DNA of 64,000 bases from Lentisphaeria bacterium (GCA_041648735.1 JBAZOO010000005.1:1862-65861), one strand, 5' to 3'. Shown: positions 45,424-57,217, counted from the first letter of the stretch. The notes: generated by a model not told the origin, from the sequence alone. Program-made: numbers and translations.

Positions 45424-47601
45424 TTACTTGATGAAGAGCATTTCCTGGTAGGTCGGGAGCGGCCAGATCTCGTCGGCCACCACCCCTTCCAGGGCGTCCG
45501 CGGCCGTGCGGAGTTCGCACATCGCGGGGACGACGTGGTCGCGCATGTACTTGGCGTGTTTCAGGGTGTTGCCATCCCCTTCGTGGGCCATGGCCGTGTC
45601 GAGCTTGGCGATGGCGGCCTGGAGCTGGGCGGCGAGGTCGCAGACCTGGTCGAGGATGGTGGTGCAGGGCTTCTTCCCCAGCTCCTTGAGGGCCAGGGCG
45701 GTGCTGGCGAGCTTCTGCTGGTAGTCGAGGGCGGCGGGGAAGATCATCGTCCGCGCCATCTCGGCCATCAGCCGGGCCTCGATGGCGATGTCCTTGACGT
45801 AGCGTTCGAGGTAGATCTCGCAGCGGCTCTCGAACTCGCGGCGGCTGAGGACGTTGTACTTCTCGAAGACCGCGGCGTGCGCCTCATTCTTGGCCATTGC
45901 CTCCCAGGCGTCCACCGTCGTCTTGAGGTTGGGCAGGCCGCGGCGGGCCGCCTCCTGGTGCCAGGCCGCGGAGTAGTTGTCGCCATTGAAGATGACCCGG
46001 CCGTGCTCCTGGATGATCGCCGCGATCACTTTCTGGACGGAGTGGTTCAGCTTCGCGGGGTCGCCGCCGGTGAGCTTTTCGATCTCGCTGGCCACGTAGT
46101 CCAACGACTCGGCGACGATGGTGTTGAGGATCATCTGTGGCCCGGCGATGGACTGGCTGGCGCCGACGGCGCGGAACTCGAAGCGGTTGCCGGTGAAGGC
46201 GAAGGGGCTGGTGCGGTTGCGGTCGCCCGGATCCTTGGGGAAGGTCGGCAGGGTGTCGACGCCGACGTTGAGGGTGCCCTTGGCCTTTGAGCTTTTGGCG
46301 CCGCCCTGGGCGATCTGCATGAAGACGTCGTTCAGCAGGTCGCCGAGGAAGATGGAGATGATCGCCGGCGGCGCCTCGTTGGCGCCGAGGCGGTGGTCGT
46401 TGCCGGCGTGGGCGACGGAGGCGCGGAGCATGACCGCGTACTTGTCCACGGCGCGGATGACGGCGGCGCAGACGATCAGGAACTGCATGTTCTCGTGGGG
46501 CGTCTCGCCGGGGTTGAGCAGGTTGCCGAGGGTGCAGCTCATGGACCAGTTGAGGTGCTTGCCCGAGCCGTTGACGCCGGCGAACGGCTTTTCGTGGAGC
46601 AGGCAGGCCATGCCGTACTTCTGGGCGACGCGGGTGAGCACGGTCATCACCAAATACTGGTGGTCGGTCGCCAGGTTGGCGGTCTCGAACACCGGGGCGA
46701 TCTCATACTGGGCCGGGGCCACCTCGTTGTGGCGGGTCTTGACCGGGACGCCGAGCTTGTAGAGCTCCCGCTCGCCTTCGAGCATGCAGGCGAGGACGCG
46801 TTCGGGGATGGCGCCGAAGTACTGGTCTTCCAGCTCCTGCCCCTTGGGCGGCTTGGCGCCGAACAGGGTGCGGCCGGCGTTGAGCAGGTCGGGGCGGGCG
46901 AAGTAGAAGTTGCGGTCGATCAGGAAGTACTCCTGCTCGGGGCCGGCGGTGGCCTTGACCAGGCCGGGGTTGCCGTTGCCGAGGATCTTGAGCAGCCGCT
47001 GGGCCTGGATGTTGAGCGCCTGGATCGAGCGCAGCAGCGGCACCTTCTTGTCCAGCGCCTCGCCGGTGTAGGAGCAGAAGGCGGTGGGGATGCAGAGGGT
47101 GGTGCCGTTGGGGTTTTCGAGGATGTAGGCGGGGCTGGTGACGTCCCAGGCGGTGTAGCCGCGGGCCTCGAAGGTGGCGCGCAGGCCGCCGGAGGGGAAG
47201 CTGGAGGCGTCGGGCTCGCCTTGGATGAGCTGCTTGCCGGAGAACTCGGCGATCACGCCGTCGCGCCCGTCCGGTTCGAGGAAGCTGTCATGCTTCTCGG
47301 CGGTGAGCCCGGTCAGGGGGTAGAAGACGTGGGCGTAGTGGGTGGCGCCCTTGTCGATCGCCCAGTCGCGCATGGCGACGGCGACGGCGTCGGCCACCGA
47401 GAGGTCGAGCTTCACCCCTTCGTCAATGGTCAGGCGCAGGGCCTTGTAGACCCCCTTGGGCAGCCGTTCGTGCATGGCGGTGTCATTGAAGACGTTCTCC
47501 CCGAAGAGGTCTTTGGACGGGGTTTTGGAGAAGTCGAGGGGCGCCTCCAGCGGCTTGTAGTTGGTCACCGCCTTGATGGCATTCTGTCGGGCGAGGTTCA
47601 T
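45424..47601 (-). CDS. glnN: Glutamine synthetase type III
   Basis: Start MNLARQNAI at 47601. 725 aa. [55 protein letters not shown]. Confidence 0.9.
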   Translation of the reverse strand: MNLARQNAIKAVTNYKPLEAPLDFSKTPSKDLFGENVFNDTAMHERLPKGVYKALRLTIDEGVKLDLSVADAVAVAMRDWAIDKGATHYAHVFYPLTGLTAEKHDSFLEPDGRDGVIAEFSGKQLIQGEPDASSFPSGGLRATFEARGYTAWDVTSPAYILENPNGTTLCIPTAFCSYTGEALDKKVPLLRSIQALNIQAQRLLKILGNGNPGLVKATAGPEQEYFLIDRNFYFARPDLLNAGRTLFGAKPPKGQELEDQYFGAIPERVLACMLEGERELYKLGVPVKTRHNEVAPAQYEIAPVFETANLATDHQYLVMTVLTRVAQKYGMACLLHEKPFAGVNGSGKHLNWSMSCTLGNLLNPGETPHENMQFLIVCAAVIRAVDKYAVMLRASVAHAGNDHRLGANEAPPAIISIFLGDLLNDVFMQIAQGGAKSSKAKGTLNVGVDTLPTFPKDPGDRNRTSPFAFTGNRFEFRAVGASQSIAGPQMILNTIVAESLDYVASEIEKLTGGDPAKLNHSVQKVIAAIIQEHGRVIFNGDNYSAAWHQEAARRGLPNLKTTVDAWEAMAKNEAHAAVFEKYNVLSRREFESRCEIYLERYVKDIAIEARLMAEMARTMIFPAALDYQQKLASTALALKELGKKPCTTILDQVCDLAAQLQAAIAKLDTAMAHEGDGNTLKHAKYMRDHVVPAMCELRTAADALEGVVADEIWPLPTYQEMLFIK

Positions 47602-47672
47602 TGCCGGGTCTCCTGAGTTCGCTGACGGGTGCGGGTTGCGGGCAACCTTGCGGGGTTGGTGGCCAAGGATTG

Positions 47673-47688
47673 AGCAACGCCCCGGCCA
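47673..47688 (-). promoter_or_regulatory. Sigma54 (-24/-12) promoter candidate for glnN
   Basis: Minus strand reads TGGCCGGGGCGTTGCT, with exact consensus spacing of the GG and GC dinucleotides. About 70 nt upstream of the glnN ATG. A sigma54 activator is encoded nearby. Confidence 0.45.
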
Positions 47689-47702
47689 AAATTGTCGCTG
47701 GC

Positions 47703-47718
47703 TGGCCAAATCATTGCA
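47703..47718 (+). promoter_or_regulatory. Second, divergently oriented sigma54-like element
   Basis: Plus strand reads TGGCCAAATCATTGCA with consensus spacing. It points toward the 3' end of recD2 (antisense), and there is no downstream plus-strand ORF. Confidence 0.25.
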
Positions 47719-47807
47719 ATCGAGTACGATCTGTGGTGACAACCGCGCGCCGCCGGATTTGGGAAGTGACAGGACTGTATATCGCCATTGGCGGAATGAC
47801 AAATCCG

Positions 47808-50063
<2,256 letters not shown>

Positions 50064-50307
50064 CCGGTCTCCGCTCGTGGCGCGTGGGGAGTGGCGGGAC
50101 AATGTAGCCCGGTTTGCGGACTCCGCATTGGCGAAGAACCTGGATGGATAGGGTTGCAAGCCGCGGCTGCAACGGTACAGTTTTGGGGTGCCCGCCAGCG
50201 CGCGGGGCCGCCGGCCGCATTCCCATTCGGCACCCGGCAATCGAAAATCGGCATTCGGAGTTCAGCGTCACCCCCGGCACGGGGCCGGGAAAACGGAGGG
50301 CACGGGC

Positions 50308-51081
50308 ATGATCATCGGCATTTGCGGCGAGCCGGCACGGAGCGGCCTCTTCGCCGCCATGGGATTCCAGTTCCTGGAAGTGAACATCCAGGAGATGCTG
50401 GTGCCACTGGCGCCCGAGGCGGAGTTCGCGCCGAAGCTGGCGGAATTGCGGAGTTCGCGCCTGCCGGTCAAGGCCGCCAACTGCTTCTTTCCCGCCGGCC
50501 TCAAGCTCACCGGGCCCGCAGTTGATCCCGGGCGGCTCCTGGCCTATGCGGCGACCGCCTGCGAGCGGGCCGGGCGGGCCGGCATCGAGACGCTGGTCCT
50601 CGGCTCCGGCGGCGCCCGCCAGATCCCCGAGGGGTTCCCGCGGGAAGCGGCCGGGGAGCAGCTCCTGGCATTTGCCAAGAGCCTCGGCCCGGTGGCGGCC
50701 AAGGCCGGAGTGACGGTCGTCCTGGAACCGCTCAACAGCAAGGAATGCAACGTGTTCAACACGGTGCCGGAATGCGCGGCCTTCGTCCGCCAAGTCAACC
50801 ATCCCGCCATCCGCCTGCTGGTGGACGCCTACCACTGGTGCCAGGAAGGGGAGGGCGCGGCGGATTTGTTGGCGGCCGCGCCGCTCCTCGCCCATGCCCA
50901 CCTCGCCTCCTGCCCCAACCGCCGCGGCCCCGGCGAGGAGGCGTGCGACTATTCCGCCTTCTTCCAGGCGCTCCAGGCCGGCGGCTATGCGGGCCGGCTC
51001 GCGGTGGAGGCCATCTGGCTCGACCTCGAGCGCAATGGCGCCGCCGCCGTCCGCCTCCTCGAACGCCTCCTGGCGGCCTGA
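50308..51081 (+). CDS. Sugar phosphate isomerase/epimerase (xylose isomerase-like TIM barrel), intact copy
   Basis: Start MIIGICG at 50308. VVLEPLNSKECNVFNT...LLVDAYHW...AHAHLAS. Confidence 0.8.
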   Translation: MIIGICGEPARSGLFAAMGFQFLEVNIQEMLVPLAPEAEFAPKLAELRSSRLPVKAANCFFPAGLKLTGPAVDPGRLLAYAATACERAGRAGIETLVLGSGGARQIPEGFPREAAGEQLLAFAKSLGPVAAKAGVTVVLEPLNSKECNVFNTVPECAAFVRQVNHPAIRLLVDAYHWCQEGEGAADLLAAAPLLAHAHLASCPNRRGPGEEACDYSAFFQALQAGGYAGRLAVEAIWLDLERNGAAAVRLLERLLAA

Positions 51082-51122
51082 TCCCAATTCAACTTCCGTG
51101 AAGGCAAACGGCCGGGGCCGGC

Positions 51123-52283
51123 TCAGGGGATTTCGAGGCAAGCCGGGGCGCGGGTCAGCTTTTCGCAGCCGCCGGCGGTGACCACGACCACGTCCTCCAG
51201 GCGGATGCCGCCCCAGGCCGGGTCGTAGGTGCCGGGCTCGACGGTGATGACCTCCCCTTCCCGCAACGGCTCGGTGGCGGTGGAATTGACCCGCGGCGCC
51301 TCATGCACCTCCAGCCCGAGCCCGTGGCCGAGGCCGTGGAAGAAGCCGACGGGCGGATTGGCGTCCAGATCGGTGGGGAAGCCGGCGGCGTCGAGGACAC
51401 CCTTGGCGGCGAGGTGGATCTCCTTGGGGATCGCGCCGGCCCGGACCAGGGCGAGGGCCGTTTCCTGGGCCTGGCGCACCGCCGCCCAGGCCCGGCGGAC
51501 GACCGGGGCCGCCTCCCCCTTGACCACCGTCCGGGTGAGGTCGCCGAAGTAGCCGGTGCGGTCCACCCGCGGGAAGATGTCGAGCACCAACGGCTCGTGG
51601 GCGCGGATCGGCCCTTCGCCGGCCTGGTGCGGATCGGCCCCTTGCGCCCCCGGGGCCACAATGGTGTGCGCCGCGGTGCCGCCGGCCCGGGCGATGGCGG
51701 CGGCGATTTCGCCCCGGAGCCGCTCGGCGGTGAGTGCCGCCCCCTCCCACCACAGGATCCGGTCGGGGCCGGGGACGGCCTCGCGGAGGATCGCCAGCGC
51801 CCGGTCGAGGCCGAGTTCGGCCAGGGCCACCCCGTCCCGGATCCGGGCGACTTCCGCCACATCCTTCCGTTGCCGCTCGGGGAAGAAACGGTCGACGGGC
51901 ACCACCTCCAGCCCGGCGGCGGCCAGCTTCCGCGCCAGCCCGCAGGGCGTCGCCGCCGGCGTCTCCCAGCGATCCAGCCCATGCCGCCGGGCCAGCGTGG
52001 CCAGCACGGCCTCCGGTGGCAGCTTGACGGTGGACTCCAACCCGTAGCGCTCGCGGAACTCCTGCTCGGCCAGCACGGCGACGCCGGGCCGCACCGCCTT
52101 GCGGGCACGGCCGACCTCCAGCGGGCTCAGCAGCGCCGCCGTCAGCCCCGGCACGGCGAACCAGAGGAAGGCATCCGGCGTCTGCAAGCCGGTGGCATAG
52201 AGCATGTCGGCGGAACTTTCGCCGGCGGCCCAGATGAAGCGGCCGGTGGCGATGGCGGCGTTGGCGGTGGCGGCATCCGTCAT
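51123..52283 (-). CDS. pepP: Xaa-Pro aminopeptidase (M24B), copy 1
   Basis: Start MTDAATANA at 52283. HGLGHGLGLEVHE, VITVEPG, IRLEDVV. Confidence 0.85.
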   Translation of the reverse strand: MTDAATANAAIATGRFIWAAGESSADMLYATGLQTPDAFLWFAVPGLTAALLSPLEVGRARKAVRPGVAVLAEQEFRERYGLESTVKLPPEAVLATLARRHGLDRWETPAATPCGLARKLAAAGLEVVPVDRFFPERQRKDVAEVARIRDGVALAELGLDRALAILREAVPGPDRILWWEGAALTAERLRGEIAAAIARAGGTAAHTIVAPGAQGADPHQAGEGPIRAHEPLVLDIFPRVDRTGYFGDLTRTVVKGEAAPVVRRAWAAVRQAQETALALVRAGAIPKEIHLAAKGVLDAAGFPTDLDANPPVGFFHGLGHGLGLEVHEAPRVNSTATEPLREGEVITVEPGTYDPAWGGIRLEDVVVVTAGGCEKLTRAPACLEIP

Positions 52284-52330
52284 GGAACTCTCCGGGATGG
52301 GCTGGACAGCCCCCAACATAATCGCGGATT

Positions 52331-52399
52331 CCGATTCCCGGTTGCCGGTTGCCGATTCCCGGGTGCCGGTTGCCGATTCCCGGGTGCCGGTTGCCGAAT
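52331..52399. repeat. 21-bp tandem repeat, 3.3 units (1.3 units in the duplicate at 57265-57293)
   Basis: CCGATTCCCGG(T/G)TGCCGGTTG occurs three times, then CCGAATTGG. Lies between the pepP start and the GT9 fragment. Accounts for the 42-bp length difference between the two large repeats. Confidence 0.9.
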
Positions 52400-52410
52400 T
52401 GGAACCTGGC

Positions 52411-52504
52411 TCAGAGGCAATGGCAGCGGCCCAAGGGACGCCACACCCGCGGCTCGGTGGCGACGAACCGCGCCAGCACCGGGATCCCCAGCGCCGCCGC
52501 CAGG
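52411..52504 (-). pseudogene. 3'-terminal fragment (28 codons + stop) of the GT9 glycosyltransferase gene
   Basis: AALGIPVLARFVATEPRVWRPLGRCHCL is identical to the end of the intact gene at 57303-58154. Homology stops at 52504. Confidence 0.8.
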
Positions 52505-52708
52505 ATTGCCGCCCTGCCGCGCCTGGAGCTGGCCGCCACCACCACCGGAGCCGCCACGGGGCCGGCGGAGCCCGACCGCGCCGCCCTGCTGGCCGCCCTG
52601 GCACGCCTGGCGGACTCCGCACCCACGGAAGCCGTCCGCCGGGCCGTGGCGCTGCTGCGGGAGGGCGGGAAGATTCCCCCCAATGGGCAATGGCAAGTCG
52701 GCCGCTGA
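52505..52708 (+). pseudogene. Probable 3' remnant of an unidentified high-GC gene at the inner junction
   Basis: The open frame reads ...PDRAALLAALARLADSAPTEAVRRAVALLREGGKIP and ends at 52708. It has no own start and carries one copy of the abundant host motif (52610). Confidence 0.35.
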
Positions 52709-52727
52709 CCCAAGGAGGGTTCCATCA

Positions 52728-52943
52728 ATGGGAACGCAAAAAATCTGCTTGGACTGCCGCCTACGCTTCCCCATGGACGCCAAGGCGTGCCCCCGCTGCG
52801 GGGGGGATGAATACGGCATCGAGGCCGGCGAGATCACTGCCCCCCCGTTCCCGAAACCGCCAGAAGGGACCGCGCCGCCGCCAATCTCTTGGGTTTTCGC
52901 TTGTGTGCCCAGAACGCGGTGTGCTATATTGGCCACGCCTTGA
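52728..52943 (+). CDS. Small zinc-ribbon protein (71 aa), possibly truncated
   Basis: AAGGAGGG RBS 8 nt upstream. MGTQKICLDCRLRFPMDAKACPRCGG (CxxC-N12-CxxC) then a Pro-rich tail. Ends exactly where GC content drops. Confidence 0.4.
   Translation: MGTQKICLDCRLRFPMDAKACPRCGGDEYGIEAGEITAPPFPKPPEGTAPPPISWVFACVPRTRCAILATP
52901..52930 (+). promoter_or_regulatory. Possible promoter of the island-2 cassette
   Basis: TTGTGT-N18-TATATT, about 145 nt upstream of the ATG at 53075. Confidence 0.25.
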
Positions 52944-53074
52944 ATCCGTTATACCGGCTGTCTGCGGAACGCCGGGGCAGGAGACACTGCAAGAACAGGA
53001 ACGATGGCTGTCCGTTGAGTAGCGGTCGGCACTGACGGAAACGTGGGCAACGACGAGTAGAGAGGAAGTGCATC

Positions 53075-53527
53075 ATGGCGCAGTGTGTTACTTGCGGGGC
53101 AAGTCTGAAACCGGGGGCAACACGGTGCGTTAAATGTGGAACTGCGCTGGAAGTGGTTGCACCACCTCCACAAGCGCAACAGCCACAGTATGCGCCCCCT
53201 GCACAACCGTATCCTCAACAACCGCAGGTACGCTATGTTCAGCAACCGCAGCAGGCCCAAGCGCCCCGTTGTACCAAGAGCAAGACGACGGCTGCCACCC
53301 TTGCCATCCTGCTGGGCGCACTGGGTGTTCACAAGTTCTATCTCGGCAAGAAGTGGCAAGGCTTTCTCTACCTTTTCTTCCTCGACATCTCTATTAGCAA
53401 CGCATTGTGCGATGGCGAGTTGATATTATGGGTGCCGAAGATCCTGTGGTTTTTCGGATTGTGCGAGGGGATCTATTACTCGACGATGAAAGAAGAAGTG
53501 TTTTGCCAGAAGTACGGCCAGAAGTAG
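53075..53527 (+). CDS. Zinc-ribbon + Pro/Gln-rich linker + TM2-domain membrane protein
   Basis: MAQCVTCGASLKPGATRCVKCG. PQ-rich linker. LAILLGALGVHKFYLGKKWQG is the TM2-domain signature. RBS AGAGGAAG. Confidence 0.75.
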   Translation: MAQCVTCGASLKPGATRCVKCGTALEVVAPPPQAQQPQYAPPAQPYPQQPQVRYVQQPQQAQAPRCTKSKTTAATLAILLGALGVHKFYLGKKWQGFLYLFFLDISISNALCDGELILWVPKILWFFGLCEGIYYSTMKEEVFCQKYGQK

Positions 53528-53541
53528 GAGGGTTCATCGCC

Positions 53542-54351
53542 ATGACTTCACACATTCAAAGACCGACCCCAATGAAGTTTGTGTTGGCGGTGATCGGATT
53601 GACCGCCACGGCCATACTTGTGACCGCGACAGGTGGCTACCTTGTAACCGAACCACCAAGAGGCTTCATGGTTTGGGTTGGGATTGGGTTCTTATGTACA
53701 ATCGAATTCCTTGCAGGAATTCTGACGGTCAACATCTTCGCTCGTGCTCGCTGCGAGTACCGGCCAAGCGGCGCGATACTGGCAATAACTTATGGCATCA
53801 TCGGGGCGTTTGCAGCATCCGGGTTGCTGAGCATCGTGGTGTACTGGGTATTGCGGGACAGCGAGGGATCGAAGGACGGGGCTTTCACTGCCGCCATGAT
53901 GGCAATTACCGTCTTCTGGTTCATCGTTGCAGTCGTGTTATACGCATATGATTTGCACAGTCAGGCGGTCGCGCGCCCGTCCAAGGAGAAGCGTGCAGAA
54001 CACAAGAACGTCGCCAAGTCACTAGCACCGCTACTGTCCGCTCTTCGTGCATTCAAGACCACGGACGACAGCGTGCGCACCCGTGTTTCCGTAGCGCTAA
54101 AGAAGCTTGAATCCATTGATGGTGCCTTTTCGCATTCTTACGGAGGTGGCATGGGATCATGGGAAGGAGGGCGCCAACATCCTTCTCCATCAGGTGAAGA
54201 TCAAACACTTCAAGAGAACGCCGGAAGATTGGCGAGTCTCGCCCCTCGGTTCTCAGGTGGGATCGCAACCGATGTTGGATCGACGCTAACCGAAATTGAA
54301 CAATGCATTGAAACAGTGTCGCGATCTTTGGACGAGGTTGAGCTTCGATAG
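53542..54351 (+). CDS. Four-TM membrane protein with ~110-aa cytoplasmic C-terminal helical domain, unknown family
   Basis: AGGAGGG RBS. Four hydrophobic segments lie between residues ~10 and 150, followed by KEKRAEHKNVAKSLAPLLSALRAF...LTEIEQCIETVSRSLDEVEL. Sits 14 nt after the previous gene. Confidence 0.6.
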   Translation: MTSHIQRPTPMKFVLAVIGLTATAILVTATGGYLVTEPPRGFMVWVGIGFLCTIEFLAGILTVNIFARARCEYRPSGAILAITYGIIGAFAASGLLSIVVYWVLRDSEGSKDGAFTAAMMAITVFWFIVAVVLYAYDLHSQAVARPSKEKRAEHKNVAKSLAPLLSALRAFKTTDDSVRTRVSVALKKLESIDGAFSHSYGGGMGSWEGGRQHPSPSGEDQTLQENAGRLASLAPRFSGGIATDVGSTLTEIEQCIETVSRSLDEVELR

Positions 54352-54363
54352 GAGGAATCAGCC

Positions 54364-55383
54364 ATGCCAATTCTTGACATCATTGAGTTCTTTGACGACA
54401 CAGGTGAAATTATAGTCTCCAAGATCCCGTACGAAAGATCAGGTGAGTTTCGGCTTGGCACTCAACTTGTTGTACAGGAAAGTCAAAATGCCATCTTCTT
54501 CCGCGATGGACAAGCCTTGGATGGTTTTGGGCCAGGTCGCCATACGCTTTCTACTCAGAACCTGCCGCTCTTGGGCAGGATCATTGGCGCGCCTTTTGGA
54601 GGCAAGTCGCCTTTCAGAAGCTATGTCTATTTTATTGCCACAAAGACGTTCATCAATCTTGGTTGGGGAACTCAGTCGCCTGTTTTGTTCCGTGATACTG
54701 ATTTCCGCATGATTAGCCTTCGCGCACACGGGGCGTTTTCCGTCCGAATAGTGAAGCCGAGAACCTTTCTCAATACACTTGTTGGAACGCGCGGGATGGA
54801 GACGACCTTTGCTTTGGAGGAATTCTTCAGGACTGTGATCGTGTCGAGACTGAACGAGGCGCTCGGGTCGATAATGAAGTCTATTCTCGACCTTCCCGTT
54901 CACTACAACACAATCGCTTTGAAAACCAAAGAAGCCGTCGCTACGGATTTCGATCAGTATGGCATCCAGCTAGTCGACCTTCTGGTTCAAGCGATAACCC
55001 CGCATCCAGAAGTCCAAGAAATGATTAATCGTGCAAGTGGGGTTGCCGCGCAGGATGCGGAGAAGTACAAGCAAATTGCAGCGGCAGATGCCATGAGAGA
55101 CGCTGCAAAGAATCCCGGCGGCTTAGCTGGCGATGGAATGGGGGCTGGCATGGGTCTCGCGCTTGGGTTCGGCATGGCTCAACAGATGGCGCAAGGACTC
55201 GCGCCGACCCGACCGTCAGATGCGCGTCCGACAGGTGCCAGCCCACGAGAAACTGCCTCATCTAAGATGTCGCCGTCTGAATTGAAGACAAAACTGAAGG
55301 AGTTGAAGGAACTCAAGGATGAGGGGCTCATTGGCGACGCTGACTTTGAAGAGCAAAAGCGCCGACTATTGACCATGATTTAG
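54364..55383 (+). CDS. SPFH/band-7 superfamily protein of the YdjI / COG4260 (virion-core-like) type with C-terminal SHOCT-like motif
   Basis: ILDIIEFFDDTGEIIVSKIP...GTQLVVQESQNAIFFRDGQALDGFGPGRHTLSTQNLPLL matches the COG4260 N-terminus as I recall it. C-terminal LKELKELKDEGLIGDADFEEQKRRLL is SHOCT-like. GGAGG RBS, 12 nt after the previous stop. Confidence 0.8.
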   Translation: MPILDIIEFFDDTGEIIVSKIPYERSGEFRLGTQLVVQESQNAIFFRDGQALDGFGPGRHTLSTQNLPLLGRIIGAPFGGKSPFRSYVYFIATKTFINLGWGTQSPVLFRDTDFRMISLRAHGAFSVRIVKPRTFLNTLVGTRGMETTFALEEFFRTVIVSRLNEALGSIMKSILDLPVHYNTIALKTKEAVATDFDQYGIQLVDLLVQAITPHPEVQEMINRASGVAAQDAEKYKQIAAADAMRDAAKNPGGLAGDGMGAGMGLALGFGMAQQMAQGLAPTRPSDARPTGASPRETASSKMSPSELKTKLKELKELKDEGLIGDADFEEQKRRLLTMI

Positions 55384-55557
55384 AGAGCCAAACAAGGGCC
55401 TGACCGGCGCGGGGCCGCGCGTGGTCTTGATTACCTTGCGTCAACCAACCGTACCGCCTTCCTGCGCCACGTCGCCTTCTTCAGAGACGGGTAAGCTTCT
55501 GCAACCTGCCCCCGCCGCCAGGCGAACGGGATGCGCTCCACACGGCAACCCCGGATG

Positions 55558-56015
55558 TCCCCGAGGGGTTCCCGCGGGAGGCGGCCGGGGAGCAGCTCCT
55601 GGCATTTGCCAAGAGCCTCGGCCCGGTGGCGGCCAAGGCCGGGGTGACGGTCGTCCTGGAACCGCTCAACAGCAAGGAATGCAACGTGTTCAACACGGTG
55701 CCGGAATGCGCGGCCTTCGTCCGCCAAGTCAACCATCCCGCCATCCGCCTGCTGGTGGACGCCTACCACTGGTGCCAGGAAGGGGAGGGCGCGGCGGATT
55801 TGTTGGCGGCCGCGCCGCTCCTCGCCCATGCCCACCTCGCCTCCTGCCCCAACCGCCGCGGCCCCGGCGAGGAGGCGTGCGACTATTCCGCCTTCTTCCA
55901 GGCGCTCCAGGCCGGCGGCTATGCGGGCCGGCTCGCGGTGGAGGCCATCTGGCTCGACCTCGAGCGCAATGGCGCCGCCGCCGTCCGCCTCCTCGAACGC
56001 CTCCTGGCGGCCTGA
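55558..56015 (+). pseudogene. 3' fragment of the sugar phosphate isomerase gene (duplicate, lacks the first ~105 codons)
   Basis: Near-identical to 50624-51081. Homology begins abruptly at 55558. Confidence 0.85.
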
Positions 56016-56056
56016 TCCCAATTCAACTTCCGTGAAGGCAAACGGCCGGGGCCGGC

Positions 56057-57217
56057 TCAGGGGATTTCGAGGCAAGCCGGGGCGCGGGTCAGCTTTTCGC
56101 AGCCGCCGGCGGTGACCACGACCACGTCCTCCAGGCGGATGCCGCCCCAGGCCGGGTCGTAGGTGCCGGGCTCGACGGTGATGACCTCCCCTTCCCGCAA
56201 CGGCTCGGTGGCGGTGGAATTGACCCGCGGCGCCTCATGCACCTCCAGCCCGAGCCCGTGGCCGAGGCCGTGGAAGAAGCCGACGGGCGGATTGGCGTCC
56301 AGATCGGTGGGGAAGCCGGCGGCGTCGAGGACACCCTTGGCGGCGAGGTGGATCTCCTTGGGGATCGCGCCGGCCCGGACCAGGGCGAGGGCCGTTTCCT
56401 GGGCCTGGCGCACCGCCGCCCAGGCCCGGCGGACGACCGGGGCCGCCTCCCCCTTGACCACCGTCCGGGTGAGGTCGCCGAAGTAGCCGGTGCGGTCCAC
56501 CCGCGGGAAGATGTCGAGCACCAACGGCTCGTGGGCGCGGATCGGCCCTTCGCCGGCCTGGTGCGGATCGGCCCCTTGCGCCCCCGGGGCCACAATGGTG
56601 TGCGCCGCGGTGCCGCCGGCCCGGGCGATGGCGGCGGCGATTTCGCCCCGGAGCCGCTCGGCGGTGAGTGCCGCCCCCTCCCACCACAGGATCCGGTCGG
56701 GGCCGGGGACGGCCTCGCGGAGGATCGCCAGCGCCCGGTCGAGGCCGAGTTCGGCCAGGGCCACCCCGTCCCGGATCCGGGCGACTTCCGCCACATCCTT
56801 CCGTTGCCGCTCGGGGAAGAAACGGTCGACGGGCACCACCTCCAGCCCGGCGGCGGCCAGCTTCCGCGCCAGCCCGCAGGGCGTCGCCGCCGGCGTCTCC
56901 CAGCGATCCAGCCCATGCCGCCGGGCCAGCGTGGCCAGCACGGCCTCCGGTGGCAGCTTGACGGTGGACTCCAACCCGTAGCGCTCGCGGAACTCCTGCT
57001 CGGCCAGCACGGCGACGCCGGGCCGCACCGCCTTGCGGGCACGGCCGACCTCCAGCGGGCTCAGCAGCGCCGCCGTCAGTCCCGGGACGGCGAACCAGAG
57101 GAACGGATCCGGCGTCTGCAACCCGGTGGCATAGAGCATGTCGGCGGAACTTTCGCCGGCGGCCCAGATGAAGCGGCCGGTGGCGATGGCGGCGTTGGCG
57201 GTGGCGGCATCCGTCAT
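56057..57217 (-). CDS. pepP: Xaa-Pro aminopeptidase (M24B), copy 2
   Basis: Same length as copy 1. Differs in a few N-terminal residues (for example TPDPFLW versus TPDAFLW). Confidence 0.85.
   Translation of the reverse strand: MTDAATANAAIATGRFIWAAGESSADMLYATGLQTPDPFLWFAVPGLTAALLSPLEVGRARKAVRPGVAVLAEQEFRERYGLESTVKLPPEAVLATLARRHGLDRWETPAATPCGLARKLAAAGLEVVPVDRFFPERQRKDVAEVARIRDGVALAELGLDRALAILREAVPGPDRILWWEGAALTAERLRGEIAAAIARAGGTAAHTIVAPGAQGADPHQAGEGPIRAHEPLVLDIFPRVDRTGYFGDLTRTVVKGEAAPVVRRAWAAVRQAQETALALVRAGAIPKEIHLAAKGVLDAAGFPTDLDANPPVGFFHGLGHGLGLEVHEAPRVNSTATEPLREGEVITVEPGTYDPAWGGIRLEDVVVVTAGGCEKLTRAPACLEIP

Larger units (their letters stand above)
50624..52504. repeat. Large direct repeat, copy 1 (1881 bp)
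   Basis: Aligns with 55558-57396 at offset +4934, and at +4892 after the 42-bp indel. Covers the isomerase 3' 458 bp, the whole pepP gene, the pepP upstream region and the last 28 codons of the GT9 gene. About a dozen substitutions, clustered near the ends. Confidence 0.95.

Noticed and set aside
52331-52399. Tandem 21-bp repeats as a possible CRISPR array.
   Set aside because: The units are directly abutting with no spacers, there are only 3 units, and no cas genes are present. It is a simple minisatellite.
55384-55557. High-GC 174-bp tail between the SPFH gene and the second large repeat, as a possible gene fragment or attachment site.
   Set aside because: No frame gives a recognisable peptide, and the only hairpin (GACC...GGTC around 55401-55425) is weak. 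It is kept only as part of the composite insert description.
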